Part shown: positions 39,723 through 49,047 of the stretch, in pieces | How positions within the stretch are numbered: the stretch's first letter is position 1 | How the letters are laid out: each line of letters starts with the position of its first letter | Assembly: GCA_965224085.1 (NCBI GenBank) | Contig: CBDCYI010000004.1 | Coordinates: forward strand, 1,184,001-1,248,000 | Length of the DNA stretch: 64,000 nucleotides | Direction of reading: 5' to 3' | Origin: Candidatus Marinacidobacterales bacterium | GTDB taxonomy: Bacteria; Acidobacteriota; Vicinamibacteria; Marinacidobacterales; SMYC01 | Program-made: the position numbers and the translations under genes | Notes under the pieces: model-generated | What the model saw: only the letters and a program-made list of their open reading frames with translations | Databases searched by the model: none | What the model was told of the DNA's origin: nothing

Positions 39723-42700
39723 CTACCTGCCGGATGGACGCGAAGACGTCGACGGCAGGCGGATAGGACGCCCTGGCGTCCATCGGACGCCGGCCCCGTC
39801 GAGCTGTTGCTCGAGTGCCGGCAGCTTGTTGCTCACCAGACGATCGACAGAGGCGATTTGCTCGCCGAGCTCCTCGTGGCTGCGCCGGGTCAGCTGGCGC
39901 TGCTCGACGGTGGGGAGCGACGTGGCCGCCTCGACGGCGAAATAGAGCTGACTCACCCGTCTCGCCAGCGGTGGCGCTCCGGGAAGGGTGGCGCCGCCCG
40001 TCTCCTCGCCCTCCAGCGTTCGGAGCATCGTTTCGACGTCGTTCGCGATCTCATCGATGGCATCGTGAATCGAGCCGGAGACGTCTCCATGGGCCGCGAT
40101 TGCCTCACGGATCCCTTTGAGCTTCTCCTCAACCTCGCGGGTCGAGCGCACCAGCGCCCTCGAGGTCGCCATCATCTGGTTGAGCGCCTGAGCGGTGTCG
40201 TGCCACACGCGGCGATCCTCGACACTGATCGTGATGGCGGGATCCCCCGCGACCTCGATGCGTCTCGCCTGTTCGGCATCACCGACCCGGAGCCGTACCT
40301 GGTACGTTCCCAGCAGCACGAAGGGCCCTCTCGGCTGGCCGCGGAAAAACGGAACCGAATCGTCTTCGTCGGGCTCGTACGACAACGGATGCCTCAGATC
40401 CCATACCAGCCGCTTCATGCCGGTGCCCTTCGCACCTTGCGGCGGATCCAGCCGGCGAACGAGCCCACCGTCACCATCCAGGATGTCGAGTTCGATCCGC
40501 GGAGCTCCACCCTCGGAGCCGTTGTCGGTGGACTCCGTTGCCACCTCCATCATCGATGGGTTCACGTAGTAGGCGAGGATCGCCCCTTCGGGAGGGTTCG
40601 GGGCGACGTAGCGCGTGTGGCCCATGCTTCTGCGGCGGCTGAACTTGTGCAACTGGGTCGCGGGCTGAAGGGATGCGAGGTGGAAGTCCGACGCCAGAAC
40701 GTCCTCGGAAAGCTCTTCGAGCAGGGTGATATCTTCGAGGATGAAGAACCCCCTTCCGTGAGTGGCGATCACGAGGTCGTTCTTCTTCGGCTGGATCACC
40801 ATATCGTGCACCGGTACCGTTGGGAGGCCTTCCTTCAAACGTACCCAGTTCTCGCCTCCGTTGATCGTCACGAAGGCCGCGAACTCCGTGCCCACGAACA
40901 GCAGGTTCGCGTTGCGGGGGTGCTCGATGATCACCCGCACCGGGCCGAACTCCGGTAAATCTCCCGTGATGTTGCTCCAAGTCGCCCCGTAGTCGGTGCT
41001 CTTGTACGCATACGGTAAGAAATTGTTGTCCTTGTGGCCCTCGAAGGTAGAATAGAGCGTTCCCTCGGCGTGGTTCGACCACACGACCCGGCTCACGAAC
41101 GTCATCTCCGGGACCGTCTCCGGGATCTCCGCCGCCACCCAGTTGCCACCGTCGTCGCGGGTGATGTGGATCAATCCGTCGTCGGTCCCTACCGCCAGGA
41201 GCCCCTGTTTCAGGCGCGACTCCGAGAACATGGTGATGTTGCCGTAGTCCGAGGTGGCCCGGTGCAGCATGAACGCGTCCCGCGGCTGCACTTTGCCCTG
41301 CAGCGGCAAATCGAAGTGACTCGTCTGCCGGGTCAAGTCGGGGCTGATCACGTTCCAGCTGTCACCACGGTCGGGACTCTTGAACACCACGTTGGCGGAG
41401 AAGTAGATCGATTTGTTGTCGTAGTGCGAGATATGCACCGGCGACGACCAGTTCCAACGATACTTGCTGCCGTCGTCCGGCTGCGCCGGCTGGATGAGCT
41501 TCCCCTCACCCGTCACCGTATCGAAGCGGAGCAGACGCCCGTACTGGGATTCGGTATAGACGATGGTGGGATCCTCTGGGTCGATCTGCACGTAGAAGCC
41601 GTCGCCGCCGGAGGTCCGGTACCAGTCCGCGTTGGTAATGCCGTCGGTGTAGCGCGTACCGCTCGGGCCGCCCATCGAGCCGTTGTCCTGCGTTCCCCCG
41701 TAGACGTAGTAGAAGGGTTCCTGGAGGTCGACGGCGACCGTGTAGAACGTGCTCACCGGCAGGTTCTCGGCGAACTCCCACGTTTCGCCGCCGTTGTCGG
41801 TGATGTAGAAGCCGCCATCGTTGCCGATGAGGATGTGCTTCGAATCGGCGGGATCGATCCACATAGCTTGCTGGTCGCTGTGGACGGTTCTGTCCTTGTA
41901 GGGCCGGGTGAGGGTCCTGCCACCGTCCTCCGACACGCCGTCCTCGTCGGTGACCAGGTAGACGCGCTCCGCATTGCTGGGATCACAGCGGACTTTGCTG
42001 GACGAGGCCTCGTTGACGCGCTCCCAGCTCGCGCCCCGGTCGTCCGATCGGTAGAGCCCCTGCTCGTCCTCTCCCGCCGTGATGCTCGCATAGACGCGGT
42101 CGGGCATGCTGCGGCACACCGAAAGGCCGATCTTCCCCAGATCTCCCTTTGGCAGGCCGTTGGTCAGCCGCACCCAGCGCTCGCCCCCGTCGGTGCTTCG
42201 GTAGATCCCACTCTCCGGACCCCCGCCCAGAAAGCTCCATACCCGCCGCTCCCGTTGAAACGCGGCCGCATACAGCCAGTCCGGATTCCGAGGATCCATT
42301 GCCAGATCCACGACTCCGGTGTGCGGGCTCACGTAGAGCACCTTCTCCCAGCTGGCACCCCCATCCGTGGTCTTGAAGACACCGCGCTCCTCGTTTGCTC
42401 CCCACAACGCGCCACCGCCCGCCACGTACACGGTGTCCGGGTCCTCAGGATGAATGAGGATCTGACCGACGTGTCGGGTCTCTTCCAGTCCCATGTGCTT
42501 CCACGTCTTGCCACCGTCTTCCGACTTGTACACGCCGTCGCCCCACGAAACGCTTCGCCAGTTCCACGTTTCCCCCGAACCCAACCACAGCAGGTTCGGG
42601 TTCGAGGGTGCGATCGCCACCGAGCCCAGGGATGCCGTGCCGCGGTTCTCGAAGATCGGCTTCCAGGTAGAACCGCGATCCATGGATTTCCACAGCCCGC

Positions 42701-42971
42701 CGGTGGACGTCGCCACGTAGATGATGTCGGGATCGCTCTCCACCGCCTCGATGTCGGCGATCCGCCCGCTGATGTGGGCGGGACCGATGTTGCGCCACTC
42801 GAAACTGGTCAGGTGAGACGGTTTCAGCGCTCCGCCGTCACCCGAGCCGCTCTGTGCAGGCTCGGCCGGAACTCCGTAAGCCGAAGGCACCGCTGCTGGC
42901 GCTAGGACGGCGGCCGCGCAGCACAGAATCAGGACGATGCGTACGATGGTCCTCTGTCGTTCGATGCTCAT
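39723..42971 (-). CDS. Paralogous secreted BNR/VPS10-like protein
   Basis: Same architecture and shared peptides, e.g. WGDGVYKSEDGGK.WKHMGLEETRH. Confidence 0.85.
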   Translation of the reverse strand: MSIERQRTIVRIVLILCCAAAVLAPAAVPSAYGVPAEPAQSGSGDGGALKPSHLTSFEWRNIGPAHISGRIADIEAVESDPDIIYVATSTGGLWKSMDRGSTWKPIFENRGTASLGSVAIAPSNPNLLWLGSGETWNWRSVSWGDGVYKSEDGGKTWKHMGLEETRHVGQILIHPEDPDTVYVAGGGALWGANEERGVFKTTDGGASWEKVLYVSPHTGVVDLAMDPRNPDWLYAAAFQRERRVWSFLGGGPESGIYRSTDGGERWVRLTNGLPKGDLGKIGLSVCRSMPDRVYASITAGEDEQGLYRSDDRGASWERVNEASSSKVRCDPSNAERVYLVTDEDGVSEDGGRTLTRPYKDRTVHSDQQAMWIDPADSKHILIGNDGGFYITDNGGETWEFAENLPVSTFYTVAVDLQEPFYYVYGGTQDNGSMGGPSGTRYTDGITNADWYRTSGGDGFYVQIDPEDPTIVYTESQYGRLLRFDTVTGEGKLIQPAQPDDGSKYRWNWSSPVHISHYDNKSIYFSANVVFKSPDRGDSWNVISPDLTRQTSHFDLPLQGKVQPRDAFMLHRATSDYGNITMFSESRLKQGLLAVGTDDGLIHITRDDGGNWVAAEIPETVPEMTFVSRVVWSNHAEGTLYSTFEGHKDNNFLPYAYKSTDYGATWSNITGDLPEFGPVRVIIEHPRNANLLFVGTEFAAFVTINGGENWVRLKEGLPTVPVHDMVIQPKKNDLVIATHGRGFFILEDITLLEELSEDVLASDFHLASLQPATQLHKFSRRRSMGHTRYVAPNPPEGAILAYYVNPSMMEVATESTDNGSEGGAPRIELDILDGDGGLVRRLDPPQGAKGTGMKRLVWDLRHPLSYEPDEDDSVPFFRGQPRGPFVLLGTYQVRLRVGDAEQARRIEVAGDPAITISVEDRRVWHDTAQALNQMMATSRALVRSTREVEEKLKGIREAIAAHGDVSGSIHDAIDEIANDVETMLRTLEGEETGGATLPGAPPLARRVSQLYFAVEAATSLPTVEQRQLTRRSHEELGEQIASVDRLVSNKLPALEQQLDGAGVRWTPGRPIRLPSTSSRPSGR

Positions 42972-42982
42972 GAGCCTTTCTC

Positions 42983-43657
42983 CTATGGCATTCGGTTGGG
43001 CCGACGCTCGCGGAAACGCGACGGTCGCCGGCTGGTGAATAACCTCGATTCTCGGGCCGAAGCTGTTGTGGTGGCGGCACCCAACGGCCGCCTCTTCTGG
43101 AGGGAATCTAGGGCCCTTACTCCTCTCTTGCGCTTCAGAAAGAACTCGTTCGTCCCGGTCTTTTTCCCGTTCCCGTGAACCGCCCAGACCGCTTCGATGC
43201 GATCGTCTTCGAGAATACGGATCTCACCATTGTGGACGTGGATGTCTTTCGCGGGGTCGAGATTGGTTCCTCCGGCGAAAACGAAACGCAGCACGTTGGG
43301 CGTGGAGCTCTCGACGTCCAGTCTCATCTCCGGCTGATTCCCCATGACGCAATAATGCTTGCGGACAAGATCGGCGCCGTCGAGGTGGTAGGCGGTGATC
43401 ATCTCGCGCGAGGTCCCCGGAAAATCGGTCTGCAGGATCGTGTGTCCGGCGGCGCTCACGCGGATCTCGACAAGTCCCAAAGCGCCATCCTCGCTCGTGC
43501 TCGTATCTTCCCATCGCCCGTCGAGGCTCTTGAGCGTCTCGAAAGCCGCGCCGGCGGTGACGTCCTCACCGGCACTGACCGGCCCACCCATGGGGAGCGC
43601 CAGCGCCAGCAGGGAAAAACCGATAGCGTATCGTCCAGGAAAGCTAACGAATCTCAC
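42983..43657 (-). CDS. Secreted hypothetical protein (lipocalin-like beta-barrel suspected)
   Basis: GGAGG RBS before GTG 43657; signal peptide; FETLKSLDGRW, MITAYHLDG, HYCVMGNQP. Confidence 0.65.
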   Translation of the reverse strand: MRFVSFPGRYAIGFSLLALALPMGGPVSAGEDVTAGAAFETLKSLDGRWEDTSTSEDGALGLVEIRVSAAGHTILQTDFPGTSREMITAYHLDGADLVRKHYCVMGNQPEMRLDVESSTPNVLRFVFAGGTNLDPAKDIHVHNGEIRILEDDRIEAVWAVHGNGKKTGTNEFFLKRKRGVRALDSLQKRRPLGAATTTASARESRLFTSRRPSRFRERRPNRMP

Positions 43658-43895
43658 TGTCTCCTCCTCCCGGCTTCTCGCGAGCGGCGAGCCGCTCGAG
43701 GAACACATGGCCGATTAAGCGACCCCCCAACCATACTCCACCACAGGTAGGTTCGTCGAGAGCGCTCGACCAATTAAATCTCCTCCCGAGGAGCTCGGCC
43801 CGGACGAGGGACGGAAGCGTGGCAAGAGGACCGACCTCGTCCTCGAGAAACGAGAGAAACGAGATCGTTCCCCTGACCTGAAAGAGCGCTTCTAT

Positions 43896-45392
43896 CTACT
43901 GCGAAGCCTTTTTGTCCAGAAACACCTGAAAGCTGGTGGGGGTGGCGGCCATGGCCTCCACGTCGTCGATCTCGATGGGAATCGAACGGCTCAACCACTC
44001 GTGACCCGTCTCGGTCACGATCACGTCGTCCTCGAAAGCGACGCGCGGCCCATCGGGTGGGGCGACACCCTGCTCGATGGAGAGCACCATCCCGGGCATC
44101 AACGGCGCTTCATAGTCCCCCTCGTCGTGGACCTCCATGCCGATGAAGTGCCCGATCCCGTAGGTATAGTACTGGTCGTAGCCTCCCGCTTCGCGGAGCA
44201 TGTTCACCGCCAGCTCGTGGAGCTCCCACCAGGTGACACCCGGCTTGATCCTCGAGATCACTGTTTTCTGCACATCGAGGGCGATCTGGTAGAGCCTCCT
44301 TTGCTCCGGCGAGAATTTTCCGTCCACCGGGACGTTGCGCTGCAGATCCGCCGAGTAGTGATTGAAGGCGGCCCCGGTGTCCACATGGACCATATCGCTC
44401 GCCTCGAAGACCCTCGCTCCCGAGCGGGGAACGAACTGGATGAAGCCTTCCGGAACGGCGCGGCGGTGCATCGGTCCCGCCATCGGCATTTTTCGGACCG
44501 CGGTCGGAAAACCCAGGAGCCCGCCCCGATACCGGTAGACGAAGTCCATGATCTCCATGATGTGCTTTTCGGTCAGGCCGACGCGCACCGCCCGCAGACC
44601 CTCGACGATCCCTTCATGGCTGATCGCCACTGCGCGACGAAGCGAGGCGAGGCCGTGAGCGTCGTGGAGCATACGGACCGGATCGAGGATGTCTCCCGAG
44701 TCTCGAATATCGAGCTCGGGCGAGAACCGCTTCAGCCTCTCGAAGTAGGCGAGCCGTGGGGACTCCGGCATCCCCAATCGTAGGAAGCGCGGATAGTTGA
44801 GATAGAGGACCTTGTCGTCACGACCCCAGGTTTTCGAGAGCGCGGCGGGAAGCGGCCACCGGCGGATCTGGGTGATGCGCCAGTCGCGGTAGTCGGTGAG
44901 CGCCACCGAGAGGTCTTCTTCGAGCTCGGGAAACGGCCGGATATCCTCGATGCCGGTGACCGATCGCATCGCCTCGACGTCGGCCGAGGTGTACAGAACC
45001 ACCCAATCCTTCGCCTCGGTGGGGACGAGGAGGATCGCTGAGTCGTAGCTGTCGAGTCCGTCGACGCCGGTCAGGAAGATGAAGTCGTGATTCTCACTGT
45101 GGGGCACCTGGAACTCGAGCCGCCTCGGCTGGGATCGCTCGGCGGAGAAGACGAGCATCGCTCCATCCGGTATGGCATGCAGCACCCGCGCCCGCCGGCG
45201 CGCGAAAATACTCCGGATCTGGTCCGGATCCGGGTTGTCGAGATCGAGCCGCGACGCCAATTCCGCTTCTCGGGTGTAGTCGTACTCTGCCGACGGTGTC
45301 GTCTCTTGCGCCTCGACATTCGCGGTGACGAGCAAGCAGCCGCCAAGGACAAGGGTGACGGCGAAGGGTTCGATGAAATACCTGAGCTTCAT
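43896..45392 (-). CDS. M24B aminopeptidase P family protein, secreted
   Basis: DFIFLTG, VDTG...YSADLQR, GHFIGMEVHD, IEQG, FEDD. Confidence 0.9.
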   Translation of the reverse strand: MKLRYFIEPFAVTLVLGGCLLVTANVEAQETTPSAEYDYTREAELASRLDLDNPDPDQIRSIFARRRARVLHAIPDGAMLVFSAERSQPRRLEFQVPHSENHDFIFLTGVDGLDSYDSAILLVPTEAKDWVVLYTSADVEAMRSVTGIEDIRPFPELEEDLSVALTDYRDWRITQIRRWPLPAALSKTWGRDDKVLYLNYPRFLRLGMPESPRLAYFERLKRFSPELDIRDSGDILDPVRMLHDAHGLASLRRAVAISHEGIVEGLRAVRVGLTEKHIMEIMDFVYRYRGGLLGFPTAVRKMPMAGPMHRRAVPEGFIQFVPRSGARVFEASDMVHVDTGAAFNHYSADLQRNVPVDGKFSPEQRRLYQIALDVQKTVISRIKPGVTWWELHELAVNMLREAGGYDQYYTYGIGHFIGMEVHDEGDYEAPLMPGMVLSIEQGVAPPDGPRVAFEDDVIVTETGHEWLSRSIPIEIDDVEAMAATPTSFQVFLDKKASQ

Positions 45393-45479
45393 GATGGCCT
45401 CCAGTCTGGAGCGGCGATTGTACCTTTACTGGAAGGATGCTGGTCGGACATGGTACACCGTCATTCACGAGAGGAGACA

Positions 45480-45650
45480 ATGACGATGAGCTCGACCGGT
45501 CTCAGGCCTTTTTCGTCGGTGCTCGCGCTCGGCGCTTTTTCGCTGATAGGATGCGAGGCCCCAGAGTCCACTCGCACGGAGCCGGCGGAGAAGCCGAACG
45601 TCCTCTTCATTTCCGTCGACGATCTGAACGACTGGATCACGACCTATGAC
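45480..45650 (+). pseudogene. Sulfatase N-terminal stub cut near the IS5 left end
   Basis: Lipobox LIGC then KPNVLFISVDDLNDWI; homology ends just before 45661. Confidence 0.7.
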
Positions 45651-45660
45651 ATCTTCGAGT

Positions 45661-46747
45661 GGCGTTGTTGCACCGCTCTTGGCTGAGCGCGAAATCTACC
45701 TATGGTGGTGGCCGAGGTAATGTTCGACCATGAAGTATCCCAAGCGCAGCCAGTACAAGCACGCGAAGCAGAAGAAGTACCACGTTTCCAACTGGGCGGA
45801 ATACAACGAAGGGCTACGCCGCCGGGTCGATTTGACGGTCTGGTTTGACGAGGAGGCAATCGCGAACTGGAAGGCCGACAAGAGCGGTAAGCCTGGCGGT
45901 CAACGGGTCTATTCAGAGATGGCGATTGAAACGGGCCTGGTTGTCCGGATGGTGTACAAGCTTGCCTACCGCCAAACCGAAGGCTTCTTGCACTCGATCG
46001 CCTCGCTTCTCCGGCTGTGTATCGAGATCCCGGACTACTCGACGTTGTGTCGGCGGTCGAGGCTGCTCCGCAAGAAGCTGCGGATTGGGAAAGCCGCAAG
46101 CAATCAACCAATCCACCTGATGATCGATAGCACGGGCTTGAGGATTCATGTTGGAACCACCCGCAAACCGCCAAAGCAGCGCGCCTGGCGCAAGTTGCAC
46201 ATCGCCGTTGATCGCAAGACCGGCAACATTGTTGCGTCCGAACTGACGGCGTCACGAGCTCGCAACGCAACGCGAGTCCCCCCTTTGCTAACACAGATTC
46301 AAGCACCTATAGCGTCGGTGGCGGCGGACAGTGCATACGACAAGGAAGCGGTCTACGAAGCCATCGAAGCGCACAGCCCTGGACGAAGGACGCGCGTGGT
46401 GATTCCGCCGCAACGAAACGCCACGCTCAGTCAGAATTCGAACACCGCCATGCGGGAACGCGACCGCCATATTCGTGCAATCGAAAGACACGGCCGACGT
46501 GAATGGTACAAGCTCTCAGGCTGCACCGAGCGAAGCATGGTGGAGAACGCGGTCTATCGTTACAAGGCGATCATGGGGCCCGAGATGCGGGCTCGAACGT
46601 TGGCGAGGCAACGAGTTGAACACAGAATTGGGTGCGAGATACTCAACAAGATGACCGCGCTCGGCATGCCCGATACTTACTGCGCCGGGTGACTCTCCGA
46701 CCGGCACAGGGAGGTCAGCGATTTGTTCCGGGCCGTGCAACAACGCC
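45661..46747 (+). mobile_element. IS5-family (IS903 group) element
   Basis: Perfect 13-bp TIR GGCGTTGTTGCAC / GTGCAACAACGCC; no flanking direct repeat visible. Confidence 0.9.
45730..46692 (+). CDS. IS5 family transposase
   Basis: NWAEYNEGL, YRQTEGF, PDYSTLCRR, IDSTG, WRKLH, ADSAYD, RSMVENAVYR. Confidence 0.92.
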   Translation: MKYPKRSQYKHAKQKKYHVSNWAEYNEGLRRRVDLTVWFDEEAIANWKADKSGKPGGQRVYSEMAIETGLVVRMVYKLAYRQTEGFLHSIASLLRLCIEIPDYSTLCRRSRLLRKKLRIGKAASNQPIHLMIDSTGLRIHVGTTRKPPKQRAWRKLHIAVDRKTGNIVASELTASRARNATRVPPLLTQIQAPIASVAADSAYDKEAVYEAIEAHSPGRRTRVVIPPQRNATLSQNSNTAMRERDRHIRAIERHGRREWYKLSGCTERSMVENAVYRYKAIMGPEMRARTLARQRVEHRIGCEILNKMTALGMPDTYCAG

Positions 46748-46910
46748 GCTCACGCCCGAACGCGCACAACGTTTGCACCTACGCATCAAGTAGGTGGAAT
46801 GGAGAGGTGCTTCCGCCATCGAGTGATGGGATGGACTCCTCCGCTGACATAGACGGCATCGATGTGCCAAAGTCAGTCGAAAGAACGCATCGAAAAAGGA
46901 GGAGTTCCGA

Positions 46911-47945
46911 ATGAAAGATACGACGATCGCTGTGGATCTTGCAAAGAACGTCTTCGAGATTGCCATCTCGCGCGAAGCGGGGAAGGTGTCCAAGCAACTC
47001 CGTGTGAGTCGACCCAAGTTGGTGTCGTTTTTTGCGAAACAGAGCGCTGCCACCGTGCTTCTCGAAGCCTGCGGCTCGGCTCACTTCTGGGCAAGGACGT
47101 TGCGACGGTTGGGACACGACGTCGTCCTGCTCCCACCTCACCTCGTAAGGCCGTATCGACGCGGGAGCAAGAACGACCGCGCGGACACCAAAGCTTTGCT
47201 CGAGGCTTACCGGAACGAGGAGATTCTTTCGGTGCCCATCAAGTCCGTGCGCCAGCACACCCTCGCCGCGCTCCATCGCCTACGCTCAGGATGGCTCTCC
47301 ACACGGACCGCACGCATCAATGCCGTACGCGGGGTCCTGCGCGAGCTCGGACTCTTCATCCCCAAGGGCGCTCACTTCGTCGTGCCCGCCATCTCCGAGC
47401 TCGTCGAAGACGCTGATTCTGATTTGCCCGACGTGCTCCGTCCGCACCTGCGTGATGCGTGCTCCGAGATTCGAGAGCTCAAGGACAAGTGCGCTGGCAT
47501 CGAGCACGAGCTCAAGGCGCTCACCAAGCAGCTTCCTGAGGTGCAACGACTTCTCACCATTCCCGGCATCGGACTTCTGACCGCGACCGCCATCGTCGGC
47601 TTCGTTGGGGATCTGCGCCGCTTCCCATCGGGACGCCGCTTCTCGAGTTACCTCGGCCTCGTTCCCAAAGAGAACTCCAGTGGTGACATTCGCCGCCTCG
47701 GGCGCATCACCAAGCGTGGCGACTCCTACCTCCGTACGCTCCTCACGCAGGGCGGACGCGCCGTGCTCCGAGCGGCCAACGTCAGCAAGAGCCCGCCCGA
47801 CAAGCTCCGCGCCTGGGCGCGGAAGCTCCACCGCTCGCGGGGACACAACAAAGCCGCGATTGCTGTCGCCAACAAACTCGCCCGGATAGTCTGGGCCGTC
47901 TCCACCCGCGAGAGTGAATTCCAGTCGGTGCCCGCGGCCGCATAG
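46911..47945 (+). CDS. IS110 (IS1111 group) DEDD recombinase
   Basis: AVDLAKNVF, LEACG.AH.W.R, KNDRAD, IPGIG, YLGLVP..NSSG, KRGDSYLR, AVANKLARI; RBS AGGAGG. Confidence 0.95.
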   Translation: MKDTTIAVDLAKNVFEIAISREAGKVSKQLRVSRPKLVSFFAKQSAATVLLEACGSAHFWARTLRRLGHDVVLLPPHLVRPYRRGSKNDRADTKALLEAYRNEEILSVPIKSVRQHTLAALHRLRSGWLSTRTARINAVRGVLRELGLFIPKGAHFVVPAISELVEDADSDLPDVLRPHLRDACSEIRELKDKCAGIEHELKALTKQLPEVQRLLTIPGIGLLTATAIVGFVGDLRRFPSGRRFSSYLGLVPKENSSGDIRRLGRITKRGDSYLRTLLTQGGRAVLRAANVSKSPPDKLRAWARKLHRSRGHNKAAIAVANKLARIVWAVSTRESEFQSVPAAA

Positions 47946-47989
47946 AGGCTCCACTTTCGTGTTTTCCTTCTTCCCTTCCAACAGAGGCT

Positions 47990-48175
47990 GCGACGATACC
48001 CATCCAACTGATGGCGTACCGGTCGGACCGGCGCGGGGTCAAGCCGATAGCAACACTGGCCCTCAGAGGTCGCTCAAAGTGATTGGCTCCTCGCGCGCGG
48101 ATTTTCCGTCATGGCCCGGAGCACCCAAGACGCTCCTCACTGAGGCCGTAGATATGTTTGCAGTCTGACCCACTC
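47990..48175 (+). ncRNA. Candidate bridge/seek RNA in the IS1111 3' non-coding region (second, slightly deleted copy at ~48635-48815)
   Basis: Four short segments match the reconstructed target and donor (see findings); position downstream of the recombinase is typical of the IS1111 group. Confidence 0.7.
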
Positions 48176-48215
48176 GTCACCGATTTGGACGAGCAGCTCT
48201 GAGGAAGACTTTTTT

Positions 48216-48921
48216 GAACGAGGAGATTCTTTCGGTGCCCATCAAGTCCGTGCGCCAGCACACCCTCGCCGCGCTCCATCGCCTGAGGATGGCTCTCCAC
48301 ACGGACCCACGCATCAATGCCGTACGCGGGATCCTGCGCGAGCTCGGACTCTTCATCCCCAAGGGCGCTCACTTCGTCGTGCCCGCCATCTCCGAGCTCG
48401 TCGAAGACGCTGAGATTTGCCCGACGTGCTCCGTCCGCACCTGCGTGATGCGTGCTCCGAGATTCGAGAGCTCAAGGACAAGTGCGCTGGTCGAGCACGA
48501 GCTCAATATGAGGAAGACTTTTTTGAGAAAGGTGTTGATTGAGGAGTCCAGATATGACCCACTCGTCACCGATTTGGACGAGCAGCTCTGAGGCTCCACT
48601 TTCGTGTTTTCCTTCTTCCCTTCCAACAGAGGCTGCGACGATACCCATCCAACTGATGGCGTACCGGTCGGACCGGCGCGGGGTCAAGCCGATAGCAACA
48701 CTTCAGAGGTCGCTCAAAGTGATTGGCTCCTCGCGCGCGGATTTTCCGTCATGGCCCGGAGCACCCAAGACGCTCCTCACTGAGGCCGTAGATATGTTTG
48801 CAGTCTGACCCACTCGTCACCGATTTGGACGAGCAGCTCTGAGGAAGACTTTTTTGAGAAAGGTGTTGATTGAGGAGTCCTGAGGAAGACTTTTTTGAGA
48901 AAGGTGTTGATTGAGGAGTCC
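48216..48921 (+). repeat. Degenerate re-copies of transposase interior, NCR and a 41-bp right-end unit
   Basis: ~48216-48506 copies ~47213-47516 with small deletions; TGAGGAAGACTTTTTTGAGAAAGGTGTTGATTGAGGAGTCC at 48509, 48840 and 48881. Confidence 0.9.
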
Positions 48922-48967
48922 AGATATGATGCTACGGCGGTTGCGTTTTAGGCTTTTGTTCGATTGT

Positions 48968-48996
48968 TGAAATAAAACACGGTCGCGCGACGTCTC
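48968..48996 (+). promoter_or_regulatory. Putative autoregulated ECF-sigma promoter
   Basis: TGAAAT-N17-CGTCTC about 50 nt upstream of the ECF gene, resembling AAC/AAT...CGT ECF promoters. Confidence 0.45.
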
Positions 48997-49047
48997 ATTA
49001 GTAGGGCCGGCACGTGGAAGGGCGGCGCGCGGTATGCTGGGTCGCCT

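Larger units (their letters stand above)
46824..48931 (+). mobile_element. IS110-family, IS1111-group element with duplicated/scrambled 3' end
   Basis: Sub-terminal IR TGGACTCCTC (46832-46841) / GAGGAGTCCA (48913-48922); TGATG shared at both junctions (46824-46828, 48927-48931). Confidence 0.88.

Noticed and set aside
41034-42905. 623-aa plus-strand ORF (likewise 50405-52012 and 55429-56919 on the minus strand)
   Set aside because: Antisense shadows of well-supported genes in GC-rich DNA.
45650-46760. Target-site duplication for IS5
   Set aside because: Flanks TCTTCGAGT and GCTCACGCC do not match.
48509-48921. 41-bp repeats as a CRISPR array
   Set aside because: They are IS right-end copies with no unique regular spacers and no cas genes.
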